Below the pieces are notes generated by a model. That model saw nothing but the letters and a program-made list of their open reading frames with translations. It was not told the origin of the DNA and did no database searches. A stretch of DNA of 64,000 nucleotides, from NCBI GenBank assembly GCA_965116925.1, contig OZ220744.1, forward strand, positions 192,001-256,000, in the 5' to 3' direction. A program made the translations under genes and the position numbers. Below, piece by piece: positions 40,893 through 50,933 of this stretch (positions within the stretch are counted from its first letter, which is position 1; each line of letters opens with the position of its first letter). The stretch is from Candidatus Poribacteria bacterium. Lineage in GTDB: Bacteria; Poribacteria; WGA-4E; PCPOR2b.

Positions 40893-41264
40893 ATGAACAC
40901 CAAACGGGTTCTAGTGGTTGAAGACATAGAAATGAATCGAAAGATTGTACGGATCGTGTTAAATGCAAAGGGCTATGAAGTACTTGAAGCTGTTGATGCA
41001 GACGAAGCACTAGCGATATTACAAGCTAGACTACCGGATCTGATTCTGATGGATATTGCGCTTCCGGGCATTAGTGGGGAAGAATTGACTCGACAAATTA
41101 AAGCCAATTCCGAATGGCGTCATGTGCCAATTATTGCCTTCACTGCGGCAGCGATGAAAGGCGAACCAGAAAAATTTCGCGATGCAGGTTGTGATGACTA
41201 CATCAGCAAGCCAGTTGATACACATGCACTGGTGGATTTGGTGGAACATCATCTTAATGCGTAA
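40893..41264 (+). CDS. Single-domain response regulator (DivK/CheY-like)
   Basis: VLVVED, LILMDIALP, YISKP. Confidence 0.9.
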   Translation: MNTKRVLVVEDIEMNRKIVRIVLNAKGYEVLEAVDADEALAILQARLPDLILMDIALPGISGEELTRQIKANSEWRHVPIIAFTAAAMKGEPEKFRDAGCDDYISKPVDTHALVDLVEHHLNA

Positions 41265-41546
41265 ACATGCAAATAGGCTGTGCTTTTCCAAGTACCCAAG
41301 TGGAGTAGAGGGCAGGATAGTCTACAAAAAAAACAATTGACGCTCAATATGGGGCTATGATAAATTAAAAGATGTGGTTAATTATGGGAGAGATAAATCG
41401 GGGCGCAAATCTCTAGCTTGCAATTCGGAGAGTTACCGATTCGGAAATCTGCATTACGCCCCACTTACTCTCGAATCAGGCATACCTCTTAATAAACTGT
41501 AGCTACACCCCTTGGTTGCATATTTCTAATAGGAGTAGATTACATC

Positions 41547-41909
41547 ATGGATCTTTCAGTCAAATATCAAAATGAGAATGTTATTCTCCGTATTTCAGGT
41601 AGTATCCTCGGCGAAGATCGAATCCAACTGAGCGACAAAATTCAGGCGTTGGTTGATGGCGGTGGAAAAAATATCGTCCTGAATCTCCAAGATGTTGACT
41701 TAATGGACAGTGTTGGGTTGGGCATGCTGGTCGCCCTGCGTACTTCGTTGCAGCGACGCGAGGTGAAGTTGTTGCTTTCAAATGTTGACAGATCTGTCAG
41801 ATCGTTGCTGCTTATCACTAAGCTCAATAATGTCTTTGATCTCTATGATACTGAAGATGAAGCGTTAGCGGACCTCGGTAGTACAGATAAGGATCGGTTT
41901 ATGGTGTAA
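41547..41909 (+). CDS. STAS anti-sigma-factor antagonist
   Basis: LMDSVGLG; AGGAG RBS. Confidence 0.9.
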   Translation: MDLSVKYQNENVILRISGSILGEDRIQLSDKIQALVDGGGKNIVLNLQDVDLMDSVGLGMLVALRTSLQRREVKLLLSNVDRSVRSLLLITKLNNVFDLYDTEDEALADLGSTDKDRFMV

Positions 41910-41979
41910 TTTTCCTAAATATTCTCCAGATCTGTAAACCGTAATCAGTCCATGTCTCCTCTTGAAGGGCGCGAGAATA

Positions 41980-43167
41980 ATGAATAAACCACCCAACGCC
42001 AGAATCCTTGTTGTTGATGATGAACCGCAAAACATCCGATTGCTTCAAATTCGGCTTCAAGCGGAGGGATACACCGTTCTCGCAGCAAACAGTGGTCAAG
42101 AAGCATTGGAACTGGTGCAGACTGAGGCACCCGATCTAATTCTGCTGGATATTATGATGCCAGGGCTGAATGGATTTGAGGTTTGTCAGCAGATTCGGGC
42201 GGAGGAGTCCACCCAATTTATTCCGGTGGTGATGGTAACCGCACTTGCGGAAAAGGAGGATCGGATCAGAGCAATTGAGGCAGGTGCCGACGATTTTATA
42301 TCCAAGCCATTTGATAGCCATGAGGTCCTCGCTCGTGTTCGTTCACTCGTGCGTATCAAAAGATACCATGACGCACTTGAACACGCCAATCGTGAGCTCA
42401 AGATGCATAATGAACGTTTGGACAAAGAGTTGCAGATGGCAAGTGAAATTCAGGATAGCTTAATGCCTCAAGGAATCACCGATTTGTTGGGATTCCGCAT
42501 TGTTTCGCACTATACACCGGCAGTTGTGGTAGGCGGAGATTTTTTCGATTTGTGGGAGGTTGAACGGGGGCGATTAGGCGTTTTCATCTCCGATGTGATG
42601 GGGCATGGAGTTTCCGCAGCCTTTATCACTGTATTTATTAAAACCATTGTCGAGGAGATGAGCGTTCAGACTGACGACCCTGGACGCTTGCTTAAAGAAT
42701 TAAACACCCGGTTTAACAAGATGATCAGTTCACAACAATATATGTTCGCAACAGCGTTCTGCGCCGTTATTGACCTCTCTAACGAGACACTACACTACGC
42801 GAACGCAGGACACCCCTTTCCATTCTTGGTCCAGCGCCAGCGCAATGTTTGTAAACCTATCGGAGATCAGGCCACGGGAAAAGGGCTAGGATTACTTCCA
42901 GACTCGACATATCAAACACACCACTACCCTTTCACCCCTTCGGATGGATTATTTCTTTATACCGATGGTGCTTATGAACTCCAAAATTCACGGGGAGAGG
43001 AGTTCACCCCTCAAGGTATCCAAGAGGTCATCACGCAACAAATCAATCAACCTGCACCTGTCCTTGTTGAAACCGTGCTCGACACAACAAGCCGATTTAG
43101 CGATGGCAGACCGAAGGACGACGATATTACGATTGTTGCTATTGATGGGTGCGGTCCGATGTGGTAG
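41980..43167 (+). CDS. REC-PP2C phosphatase (RsbY-like)
   Basis: Receiver (LLDIMMP) plus VGGDFFD, DVMGHG, YTDG, DDIT. Confidence 0.9.
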   Translation: MNKPPNARILVVDDEPQNIRLLQIRLQAEGYTVLAANSGQEALELVQTEAPDLILLDIMMPGLNGFEVCQQIRAEESTQFIPVVMVTALAEKEDRIRAIEAGADDFISKPFDSHEVLARVRSLVRIKRYHDALEHANRELKMHNERLDKELQMASEIQDSLMPQGITDLLGFRIVSHYTPAVVVGGDFFDLWEVERGRLGVFISDVMGHGVSAAFITVFIKTIVEEMSVQTDDPGRLLKELNTRFNKMISSQQYMFATAFCAVIDLSNETLHYANAGHPFPFLVQRQRNVCKPIGDQATGKGLGLLPDSTYQTHHYPFTPSDGLFLYTDGAYELQNSRGEEFTPQGIQEVITQQINQPAPVLVETVLDTTSRFSDGRPKDDDITIVAIDGCGPMW

Positions 43168-43232
43168 AAAACCGAAAATAGACCTAGGATATGCAATCCG
43201 TAATCAATTAGCGAATTGCTCGTCAACGTAAC

Positions 43233-43574
43233 CTAGAACGTGGAAAGGGCACTATCTTCTGAGTCGTGAATCTCAACAATATCCGAAGCACCGATTAAAT
43301 CAAATGTCCGCCTGATATTTTCTGTCAAGCCGTAAATTTTGACATCTCCATCTTTAAGGCGAAGCTGCTTCGCGGTGCCAACGAGGGCTCCAATTGCCGC
43401 ACTGTTGATATGCTCGACCTTACTCAAATTCACAATAATTTTCTGAATGTTTTGGTTGACGAGGTCTGCAAGTGTTTCGCGTAACTCAGCAACCGCGTAG
43501 CTTCCCAAATAATCGTTGACATCAACAATTTTGACATCTCCGCTTTGGCGGATGCACGATGATGCTTCTGACAT
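43233..43574 (-). CDS. STAS anti-sigma-factor antagonist
   Basis: HINSAAIG; paralog of 45151-45492. Confidence 0.85.
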   Translation of the reverse strand: MSEASSCIRQSGDVKIVDVNDYLGSYAVAELRETLADLVNQNIQKIIVNLSKVEHINSAAIGALVGTAKQLRLKDGDVKIYGLTENIRRTFDLIGASDIVEIHDSEDSALSTF

Positions 43575-43743
43575 AGGATTATTACCTCTTCAGGATGATG
43601 TTCCCGCGATTATGCGAAAATGTTTCAGTAAGTCAAATAACAATAACGAGGGATATGCTTACCTACATTCGCCTTCGGTGTCGTACGCTTTCCACTTCGT
43701 GACCCGGTGATGGCTAACCAAATGATATGGGAGAAAAGACCAA

Positions 43744-44160
43744 GTGGAACGAACAGTTGCACAAGTGATTCGCCTAGATGTTCCCAGCTCACTACGGTGG
43801 GTTCACACCTTGCATGCTGTCATTACGGAAATTCTTAGCCAGATGGCCCTGGAGGAAGAGTCAAGCGACCAAATCAATCTGGCAGTGGTTGAAGCGGGGA
43901 CCAATGCGATAAAACATGGGAATCAGGAAGATCCAGAGAAACGCGCATATTTTGAATTCATTATGGAGCCAGATCTATTCACAGTTATCATTCAAGATGA
44001 AGGCCCAGGTTTCAACCGTGAAGAGGTCCCAGATCCAATGGAGCCCGAAAATCTCTTCAAAAGTAGTGGGAGAGGGCTTTTTCTGATCGAATCATGTATG
44101 GATCATGTCACTTACGAAAAGTCTGGCACACTCATCAAGATGGTTAAAAGACTTACTTAG
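43744..44160 (+). CDS. RsbW-like anti-sigma factor Ser/Thr kinase (HATPase_c_2)
   Basis: EAGTNAIKHGN, DEGPGF, SGRGLFLI. Confidence 0.9.
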   Translation: MERTVAQVIRLDVPSSLRWVHTLHAVITEILSQMALEEESSDQINLAVVEAGTNAIKHGNQEDPEKRAYFEFIMEPDLFTVIIQDEGPGFNREEVPDPMEPENLFKSSGRGLFLIESCMDHVTYEKSGTLIKMVKRLT

Positions 44161-44215
44161 AAGTATCAGAGCATAAACCATATACGACACTTCCATCCAA
44201 TCTCTCTAGGTCATT

Positions 44216-44563
44216 TCAACCGGCTGTCAGCGCAGCTATCGCTTCATCTTCGTTTGAATACTCTTCAAACATCGTGGTTAATTTGGATGCAGCGATAAGA
44301 GTTTTAATTTTCGAGCTCGGATTGATGAGAGCAACCTGTCCGCCTTTAGGCATAATAGTTGAACACGTTCCGATTAACACTCCCAGTCCAGTACTATCCA
44401 TCATTGGGGTGGTGGCAAAATCAAACAAAAATTTGGGTGACTCAGCAGTTGAAGCAAGTTGCTCGGCAACTACTTCCCGAAACTCACGACTGGCATCTCC
44501 AATGATTTCACCACTTGGACTGAAAATGGTAACCCCAGCCCTTTGACGAATGTTAAATTCCAT
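44216..44563 (-). CDS. STAS anti-sigma-factor antagonist
   Basis: MMDSTGLG; paralog of 35662-36012. Confidence 0.9.
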   Translation of the reverse strand: MEFNIRQRAGVTIFSPSGEIIGDASREFREVVAEQLASTAESPKFLFDFATTPMMDSTGLGVLIGTCSTIMPKGGQVALINPSSKIKTLIAASKLTTMFEEYSNEDEAIAALTAG

Positions 44564-44582
44564 TAGTCTGCTCCTTCACGTG

Positions 44583-45044
44583 TTAAGAAGCGTTGCTTGT
44601 GGAAAAGTAGAAAACAACTTGAACATCAGTTCCCCCGAGCGGATTGGTCAGTATTTCGAGGGAATCTGAAAGTTTTTCCGCGAGAAAGATGCCGTGTCCA
44701 CGTTCACTGTCAGGAGTCATCTTTTGAGAAACTTCATCTAGCCTGCCTGTTGCCAGCCAATTCTTCCGTATAGATTTGCCTTTGTCTCGAACATGAATCT
44801 CTAATTTGCTTGAATCGAACATTAGGGTCAAATCAATTCCTGAATCAGGAGTTTCTGAGCCGTGTTCGATGGCGTTACTACAAACTTCATCAATAATGAG
44901 TTCAATATCATAGATACGGGTCCGGCAAAACCCAAGCTGCTGCGCCAGTTGTCCAATAAACATCTGAATTGGACGAATATACTTGAGGCAGCTAGGGACT
45001 GTGAGTTTGAGAATTTCCTGCTCCATTTTTTGTGCTTGAGTCAT
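44583..45044 (-). CDS. Second RsbW-like anti-sigma factor kinase
   Basis: DEVCSNAIEHG, VRDKG, ERGHGIFL; start codon uncertain. Confidence 0.85.
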   Translation of the reverse strand: MTQAQKMEQEILKLTVPSCLKYIRPIQMFIGQLAQQLGFCRTRIYDIELIIDEVCSNAIEHGSETPDSGIDLTLMFDSSKLEIHVRDKGKSIRKNWLATGRLDEVSQKMTPDSERGHGIFLAEKLSDSLEILTNPLGGTDVQVVFYFSTSNAS

Positions 45045-45150
45045 ACCAGAACACCAAGTTGAAAAGCCAAGGGCTTGGCGCAAACATTATACGTACAAAC
45101 CAAGCCCTAGTGCTTGAAGTTTTTTTCTACATCAACGTCTAAGTGGCAGC

Positions 45151-45492
45151 CTAGAACGCAGCGAGTGCACTGCTCTCTGAGTCATAGATTTCGAGAACGC
45201 TAGAAGCTCCCACTAGATCAAATGTCCGTTTGAGATTCTCCGCCAGACCGTAAACCTTAAGGTCTCCACCACTCGCACGGAGTCGCTTGGCAGAACCAAC
45301 CATCGCACCGATGGCCGTACTGTTAATATGTTGGACCTCGCTTAAATTCACAATGAGTTTCAGTGCTGCTCCGTTAATCAGGCTATCGATTGTTTTTCGC
45401 AAATCGGCGGCTGCATAACTGCCGAGGTCTTCATTCACGTCAATAATTTTCGCATCCGAGCTCTCACGGATGGTCATTGATTCACTTGCCAT
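45151..45492 (-). CDS. STAS anti-sigma-factor antagonist
   Basis: HINSTAIG. Confidence 0.9.
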   Translation of the reverse strand: MASESMTIRESSDAKIIDVNEDLGSYAAADLRKTIDSLINGAALKLIVNLSEVQHINSTAIGAMVGSAKRLRASGGDLKVYGLAENLKRTFDLVGASSVLEIYDSESSALAAF

Positions 45493-45863
45493 AAAATTTT
45501 CACTCCCAATAGTCGTTAGAATATGGTATTGACTCTAACCCAGATTCCTACCTATTGCGCTGCAAGTTCGCAAGATCTGAGTCTCATCTGAAATCCATGG
45601 TATTAATAAAATAGTATACCAAGATTTTATGCCTTTATTATATCGGAAGTGCAAACAAAACACAAGCAGAATTACAGTAATTCGTTGTAAGAGCCTGCAC
45701 GGTGCTTCATTTGGCTTGCCGAATGGTCAAAGTTTGTGTTCAAAAAGTACAAAACTCTGGGTGCTTGAGGAGAATCGCCAGGGTATACAGAGAGCAAAAC
45801 CTAAGATGCACCAAACCCCGTACTGCAAAATGCTGCACTGTTTAATTACTATCGGAGATCCCA

Positions 45864-46688
45864 ATGACCCCCAAACAACGCTACCTGCTTGATGTAACTG
45901 GCTATCTGCACCTAGAGAATGTCCTGAGTCCTGAAGAACTGAAACAAGCCCAGGAGGCAGCAGATCGCTACATCCGCACCCCACCCGAAAAATGGGAACC
46001 CGGATTTGGGGCAAATCTAGAACGTCCTGACTTTACCCCCTATTCCCACGGTTTCGCATTCGACAAGGCACTGGAGTCTCTCTGCTTTCATCCAGTGACT
46101 TGGCCCATCGTTAAGGAGTTGACCGGTAACAAACCCCGGTTTACCAGTGGCAGCCTGGGGCGAAATACCCATGGACAATGGTTTCACCCGCTGCACTGTG
46201 CGCGAGAAGGCGGCGGCGGGCCAGAAATGCCCCGTTATTTCTGCCAAGACGGACAGATCTACTGTGACTTTTTCGTTGTCTTCTTCTACCTGACCGATGT
46301 GATGCCCGGTGATGGAGGGCTCGTCGTGATTCCGGGTTCCCACAAAAGCGAATTTTTACGCCCACCGGATCTGTTTGTACCGGACAGCGATGAGATCGAC
46401 CCGGAACCGCATCCAGCCGTGACCAATATCACACCTCGCGCTGGCGATGTGGTTATTATTTCGGAACTACTCACCCACGGTGTCCTCGTTTGGCAACCGA
46501 AAGATCGAGACCGCCGCTTCCTTATATTGCGCTACATGCCGCAATACACCACCTATGGGACCTTTGAACCGTTCCCAGACGAAATTCAGGCAAAATTGTC
46601 GCCGGAGACATTGGAATTAATCGAAGTCGCCCCCTATAAACACGTCAAAGAGATTGTCAAACAGGAAAGGGTCATCCTAACATGTTGA
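45864..46688 (+). CDS. Phytanoyl-CoA dioxygenase (PhyH) family protein
   Basis: GYLHLENVL, GGLVVIPGSHK, GDVVI..ELLTHG. Confidence 0.85.
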   Translation: MTPKQRYLLDVTGYLHLENVLSPEELKQAQEAADRYIRTPPEKWEPGFGANLERPDFTPYSHGFAFDKALESLCFHPVTWPIVKELTGNKPRFTSGSLGRNTHGQWFHPLHCAREGGGGPEMPRYFCQDGQIYCDFFVVFFYLTDVMPGDGGLVVIPGSHKSEFLRPPDLFVPDSDEIDPEPHPAVTNITPRAGDVVIISELLTHGVLVWQPKDRDRRFLILRYMPQYTTYGTFEPFPDEIQAKLSPETLELIEVAPYKHVKEIVKQERVILTC

Positions 46689-46703
46689 GGAGGAACGTTA
46701 ATC

Positions 46704-47822
46704 ATGAGGAAAAAAAACAAAAGCTGGCGAGTTTCTCAAGTTACTTCGGTGGTATGGACGAGTCACTTCGCTTTTACGGTTAATTGGGCAACCGCTACTG
46801 CGAAGCTATATCTTTGCCTATTCGTTTTGTTATCCAGCATATTTGCAGGCTGCATTGATATTGATAATACTGTGCAGTCATTAAACCCTTTCTACACAGA
46901 CGAAGCCGTTGTTGACTTTCCCCAACTTGAAGGAGAATGGCTCTCTTTTATAGTTCTTGACGGTGACGCTTTACCAATGAATATAAAGCCGTGGTTTTTT
47001 GAGGATAACACGGTAAAAATATTCGATGAAAATAGGAAAATCTCTGTCGCCCAAATCAAGCTTTTTCAGATAGAAGATTCGTACTTCGCTGACATCATCA
47101 TGGCAAATTTTAATTTGGATCTTTTCGATGATTCCAACGATAACACGGTATCTAGCGATATGAATTCTCTCACAAATACTGCGTTCACGTTCTGGTCAAT
47201 ATTTCATTGGAGACCGGTTCATCTTGTGTATAAAGTCCAAATTGATGAGGACTATACCTCGTTGGTTTTAACTCCATTAAGTCTCGATTGGCTAGAAAAG
47301 ATTTTGGAAGAAAATCCGGATTTAATTCCCTTAATTGAGCAATCGGATCCCGACTCACTTTTAATATTACCTTTAGCAAATGCGACTTCAGAAACATGGA
47401 TGTCCCTCTTGGAAAAGTATCGGCACGAGGAAAAGGCTTTCCCCTCCGAGCAAATATTTAAGGTCTTATTAAAAAAGTCTGGGAAACCTCACGTCCTGCA
47501 ATCTTATGAAAACGGCAACCCGAAGGTAGCCGTGTTTCCTGAAGACCGAGAGTTTCCTGATAGCACCCAAGCGAGAGCGAATACGCCGATTTTGTACACT
47601 GAAGATGGACAAGTCGTTGGTCTTATGCTCAATCGAGATTGGCAATCACCGGCTGGTCTTTGGTTAAAGGCCGGGACTTGGGTGGAGTTCTTTGAAAATG
47701 GTCATCTCAAACACGCAACTCTAGCAAAGGATTGGGAATCTCCTAAAGGCAGGCTACTCAAAGCAGGAACAGTGCTCGAATTTTCTAAAAATGGCAGAAT
47801 TAAAAAGTCACCCTCTGAATAA
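46704..47822 (+). CDS. Hypothetical protein, possible lipoprotein
   Basis: GAGGAGG RBS; lipobox-like IFAGC; C-terminal short repeats. Confidence 0.6.
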   Translation: MRKKNKSWRVSQVTSVVWTSHFAFTVNWATATAKLYLCLFVLLSSIFAGCIDIDNTVQSLNPFYTDEAVVDFPQLEGEWLSFIVLDGDALPMNIKPWFFEDNTVKIFDENRKISVAQIKLFQIEDSYFADIIMANFNLDLFDDSNDNTVSSDMNSLTNTAFTFWSIFHWRPVHLVYKVQIDEDYTSLVLTPLSLDWLEKILEENPDLIPLIEQSDPDSLLILPLANATSETWMSLLEKYRHEEKAFPSEQIFKVLLKKSGKPHVLQSYENGNPKVAVFPEDREFPDSTQARANTPILYTEDGQVVGLMLNRDWQSPAGLWLKAGTWVEFFENGHLKHATLAKDWESPKGRLLKAGTVLEFSKNGRIKKSPSE

Positions 47823-47888
47823 TTGGGAATGGGCTAAAGCCACACAACTTCCGTTTTTTCTCAATACAAAACGGGAAGGAAAAATCAG

Positions 47889-50051
47889 ATGCAGACGGAT
47901 TATGTAGCTCATACGCGAGTTGCTGTGATTATCAATGAGAATGCCCCTGAGTTAGAACGATTTGCTGCAGAGCAACTTTGCGACTACCTTGAGAAATTGT
48001 TTGGCATACAAACCCGTCCAATGTCGAGTATGTCTGAAGAAGCAGGAACACTATTTCTCATTGGCAGTCTTGACACCGAGACTGCTGTTCAGGGCACAAC
48101 TGAAGAAAATCAATCCCCATCGATTAGCGAACAGGGGTTCATCTTGCGCCGTGTCCAATGTCAAGGGTGCCCATCGCTCATGGTTCGGGGCGGCAGTCCG
48201 CGTGCGACATTGTGGGCAGTATACGAGTTGGTCGAGCATTGGGGTGTACGCTATCTGTTGCACGGTGACGTATTACCACCGCTTGGAAAATTTTACCTCC
48301 CCGATGTAGATATCGTGATGGAACCCACCTTGTCGATTCGTCAATGGCGGGTTATCAACGATTTTGCGTGCGGGCCCGAAGCGTGGGGCATGGGGGATTA
48401 TCGTCTTGTGCTCGACCAACTGGTAAAACTCAAATTCAACCGCATTCTCCTGTCTGTTTGGCCCTGGCAACCATTTCTACACTACGAGGCCAAAGGGGTC
48501 AAGCGAGAATCGGCGACGCTCTGGTTCGACTTCCACTACCCCATCACCGACGATATGGTGGGACGGCACCTCTTTGGCGATGAGGAAGAATTCTGGAATC
48601 CCGATCTGCCATGCGGTGCGAGTTATGAGGAATTTACGGCGGCAGGCGAGCAATTAGTACATAACCTAATAGACTACGCTCACCAGCGCGGGATGGAGTG
48701 CGTCATCGTCGCGACACTGACCGAATTTCCGCCTGAATTTGCACCATTACTCAACGATGCCCAAGAAGTCCATCAGTTAGCAGAGTTGACTGTTGTGCCA
48801 AGCGCGGAGACCGATATCGATGATCCTGCGCTCGCTGAACTCGCAACGACTGTGCTACGAGCGACAGTGGATACCTATCCTGAAGTAGATTATGTGGCGT
48901 TGGGGATGCCAGAGTTTCGGCAGTGGTCGGGGTTGTATGAACGGGCATGGCAGGCACTCGATACAAAGTATAATATCTCATCAAAACGTTCGCTTGATGA
49001 TGTATTAACTGCTGCGACACAACGCTCTGCATATCCCGGCGGAGAAGAGCGTGCCCTACAGGAGGTCAAAGGCGACACCGTTGCCCTCTACTTTTACGAC
49101 CGACTCCTCAACGAGACACATGCGCTCAAGGAGTCCCGTCGTCCCGACATGAAATTTATCTACAACAGCGTAGCCGAGGAACTCTTTCCACTTCTTGGAA
49201 GCCTTGTGCCTTGCGGTTGGGAAACACTAAACTTCGTAGACTACACCGCGTCGCGCATTGTCAAACGGCGGGAAGTCCTCGAAAACGTTCCGAGCCAAGA
49301 ACACGCCTGCAGCCTGATTTACACGCTCCACGATGACAACGTGGGACTGTTACCACAATTGGCGACGGGTTCCCTACACGAGTTGACAAAAGACCTGATT
49401 CGGCACGGTTGGGCAGGGTTCTCGACACGCTACTGGCTCATCGCCGATCATAATCCATGTGTTGCCTATCTATCGAAAGCAGCTTGGGAAGAAGGAGTAA
49501 CACATGAGGACATTTACCGCGATCAGATCCGCGCTGTCTGTGGGGAAGAGTGCATCGAGGATATGTTGACGACATTTCGTGAAGTAGAAGGAACAACGAT
49601 TGCTCTCGAAGATCATGGACTAGGATTGACCTTTCCTGTCCCCGGTATGCTGACCAAGCACTGGACGCCTCAACCGATCTCCGATGAACTGGTTGAAGAC
49701 CAGCAAGGATATCAACGGGCGTTGGACGCCGCATATCGGGCGCGAAAAAAAGCACAACCGTCCGGACAAAGTTACGTGGATTATTGGATTGGGCGTCTAA
49801 AATTCGGTATCGGTTATTTGGATATGATTACTGCGGTTCGTCGTGCTGCGATTGCGGAGACTGATGGGAAGCCCCTTGACGCTGTACAGAATGCAGAGAC
49901 GGCACTGGTTACTGCCCGTGAAGCGTTAGAGGCTTATGCAGAGGTCGTCCGTGATCAGTCTGACCGTGGAGCGGTTGCGGTGATGAATGAGTATGTCTAC
50001 CGTCCTTTGAAGGAGAAGGTAGCAGCATTGCAGAAGGATCAATCAACATAA
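47889..50051 (+). CDS. Putative glycoside hydrolase (GH20/GH67-like N-terminal zincin fold plus barrel)
   Basis: 'ELERFAAEQL.DYL', 'GGSPRATLWAVYEL' N-terminal pattern. Confidence 0.55.
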   Translation: MQTDYVAHTRVAVIINENAPELERFAAEQLCDYLEKLFGIQTRPMSSMSEEAGTLFLIGSLDTETAVQGTTEENQSPSISEQGFILRRVQCQGCPSLMVRGGSPRATLWAVYELVEHWGVRYLLHGDVLPPLGKFYLPDVDIVMEPTLSIRQWRVINDFACGPEAWGMGDYRLVLDQLVKLKFNRILLSVWPWQPFLHYEAKGVKRESATLWFDFHYPITDDMVGRHLFGDEEEFWNPDLPCGASYEEFTAAGEQLVHNLIDYAHQRGMECVIVATLTEFPPEFAPLLNDAQEVHQLAELTVVPSAETDIDDPALAELATTVLRATVDTYPEVDYVALGMPEFRQWSGLYERAWQALDTKYNISSKRSLDDVLTAATQRSAYPGGEERALQEVKGDTVALYFYDRLLNETHALKESRRPDMKFIYNSVAEELFPLLGSLVPCGWETLNFVDYTASRIVKRREVLENVPSQEHACSLIYTLHDDNVGLLPQLATGSLHELTKDLIRHGWAGFSTRYWLIADHNPCVAYLSKAAWEEGVTHEDIYRDQIRAVCGEECIEDMLTTFREVEGTTIALEDHGLGLTFPVPGMLTKHWTPQPISDELVEDQQGYQRALDAAYRARKKAQPSGQSYVDYWIGRLKFGIGYLDMITAVRRAAIAETDGKPLDAVQNAETALVTAREALEAYAEVVRDQSDRGAVAVMNEYVYRPLKEKVAALQKDQST

Positions 50052-50101
50052 GACCTATATGACCGTAGATGTGTTTTCCATCCGCTGTCAATCTAGGCTT
50101 C

Positions 50102-50905
50102 CTACCAAGCAGTCCACCCACCATCAACTAACAGATTCTGACCGGTAATATAGCTGCCGGCATCACTGGCTAGCAGCACCACAGCCCCTTTTAACTCCTC
50201 TGGTCTTCCCATCCGTCCCAACGGGACCTTCTCCTCCAAACGAGGGATAAAGCCTTCAACGCCATCACGTACCTCTGGCTTGGGAAACGGTCCGGGAGCG
50301 ATGGCATTGACCCGTATATTATATTGTGCCCAGTACGCTGCGAGATGACGGGTCAAGTGCACTACACCACCCTTGAGGGCATGGTAATTCGGAGGACTGT
50401 TTGCCGATAACCCTTCGTAGGCACTCGGATAGCTTGCCACGACACCGTACATGCTAGCGATATTGATAATCGATCCAGAACGCTGATTCTCGCGCAGATG
50501 AAGCATCACATCTCGCGCCAACAAAAAATACGTTGTCACACCGACATGATACGCCTGATTAAAATCCTCTGCCGTAGCGTTGTCGATGTCCGGTGCCGTA
50601 CCGCCGTAAGCGTTGTTGACCAACACATCGATCTTGTCCATCCGCTCCACCACGTCTGCGACGAAGTCGGGGATCGAGTCGGTGTCGCCCTGACTAAATC
50701 CCAAGCCTAAATGTCCATCGCCGGGCAGCGACGCGGCGAACTCAGCAGCCTGTCCCCCATCACGGCTGGTAACTACAACCTGTGCACCTACTTCAGCGAG
50801 AGCCCGGCTCATCGCTGATCCTAACCAGCCACATGCCCCAGTTACCACCGCAACTTTGCCCTGCAAGCTGAATAGATCTATAACACTACGCTCATCGACG
50901 CTCAT
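50102..50905 (-). CDS. SDR family oxidoreductase
   Basis: TGACGWLG, NNA, YHALK, NLLVDGG. Confidence 0.9.
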   Translation of the reverse strand: MSVDERSVIDLFSLQGKVAVVTGACGWLGSAMSRALAEVGAQVVVTSRDGGQAAEFAASLPGDGHLGLGFSQGDTDSIPDFVADVVERMDKIDVLVNNAYGGTAPDIDNATAEDFNQAYHVGVTTYFLLARDVMLHLRENQRSGSIINIASMYGVVASYPSAYEGLSANSPPNYHALKGGVVHLTRHLAAYWAQYNIRVNAIAPGPFPKPEVRDGVEGFIPRLEEKVPLGRMGRPEELKGAVVLLASDAGSYITGQNLLVDGGWTAW

Positions 50906-50933
50906 AATCTGCCTCCGTTTGTCGCAACCCGTG

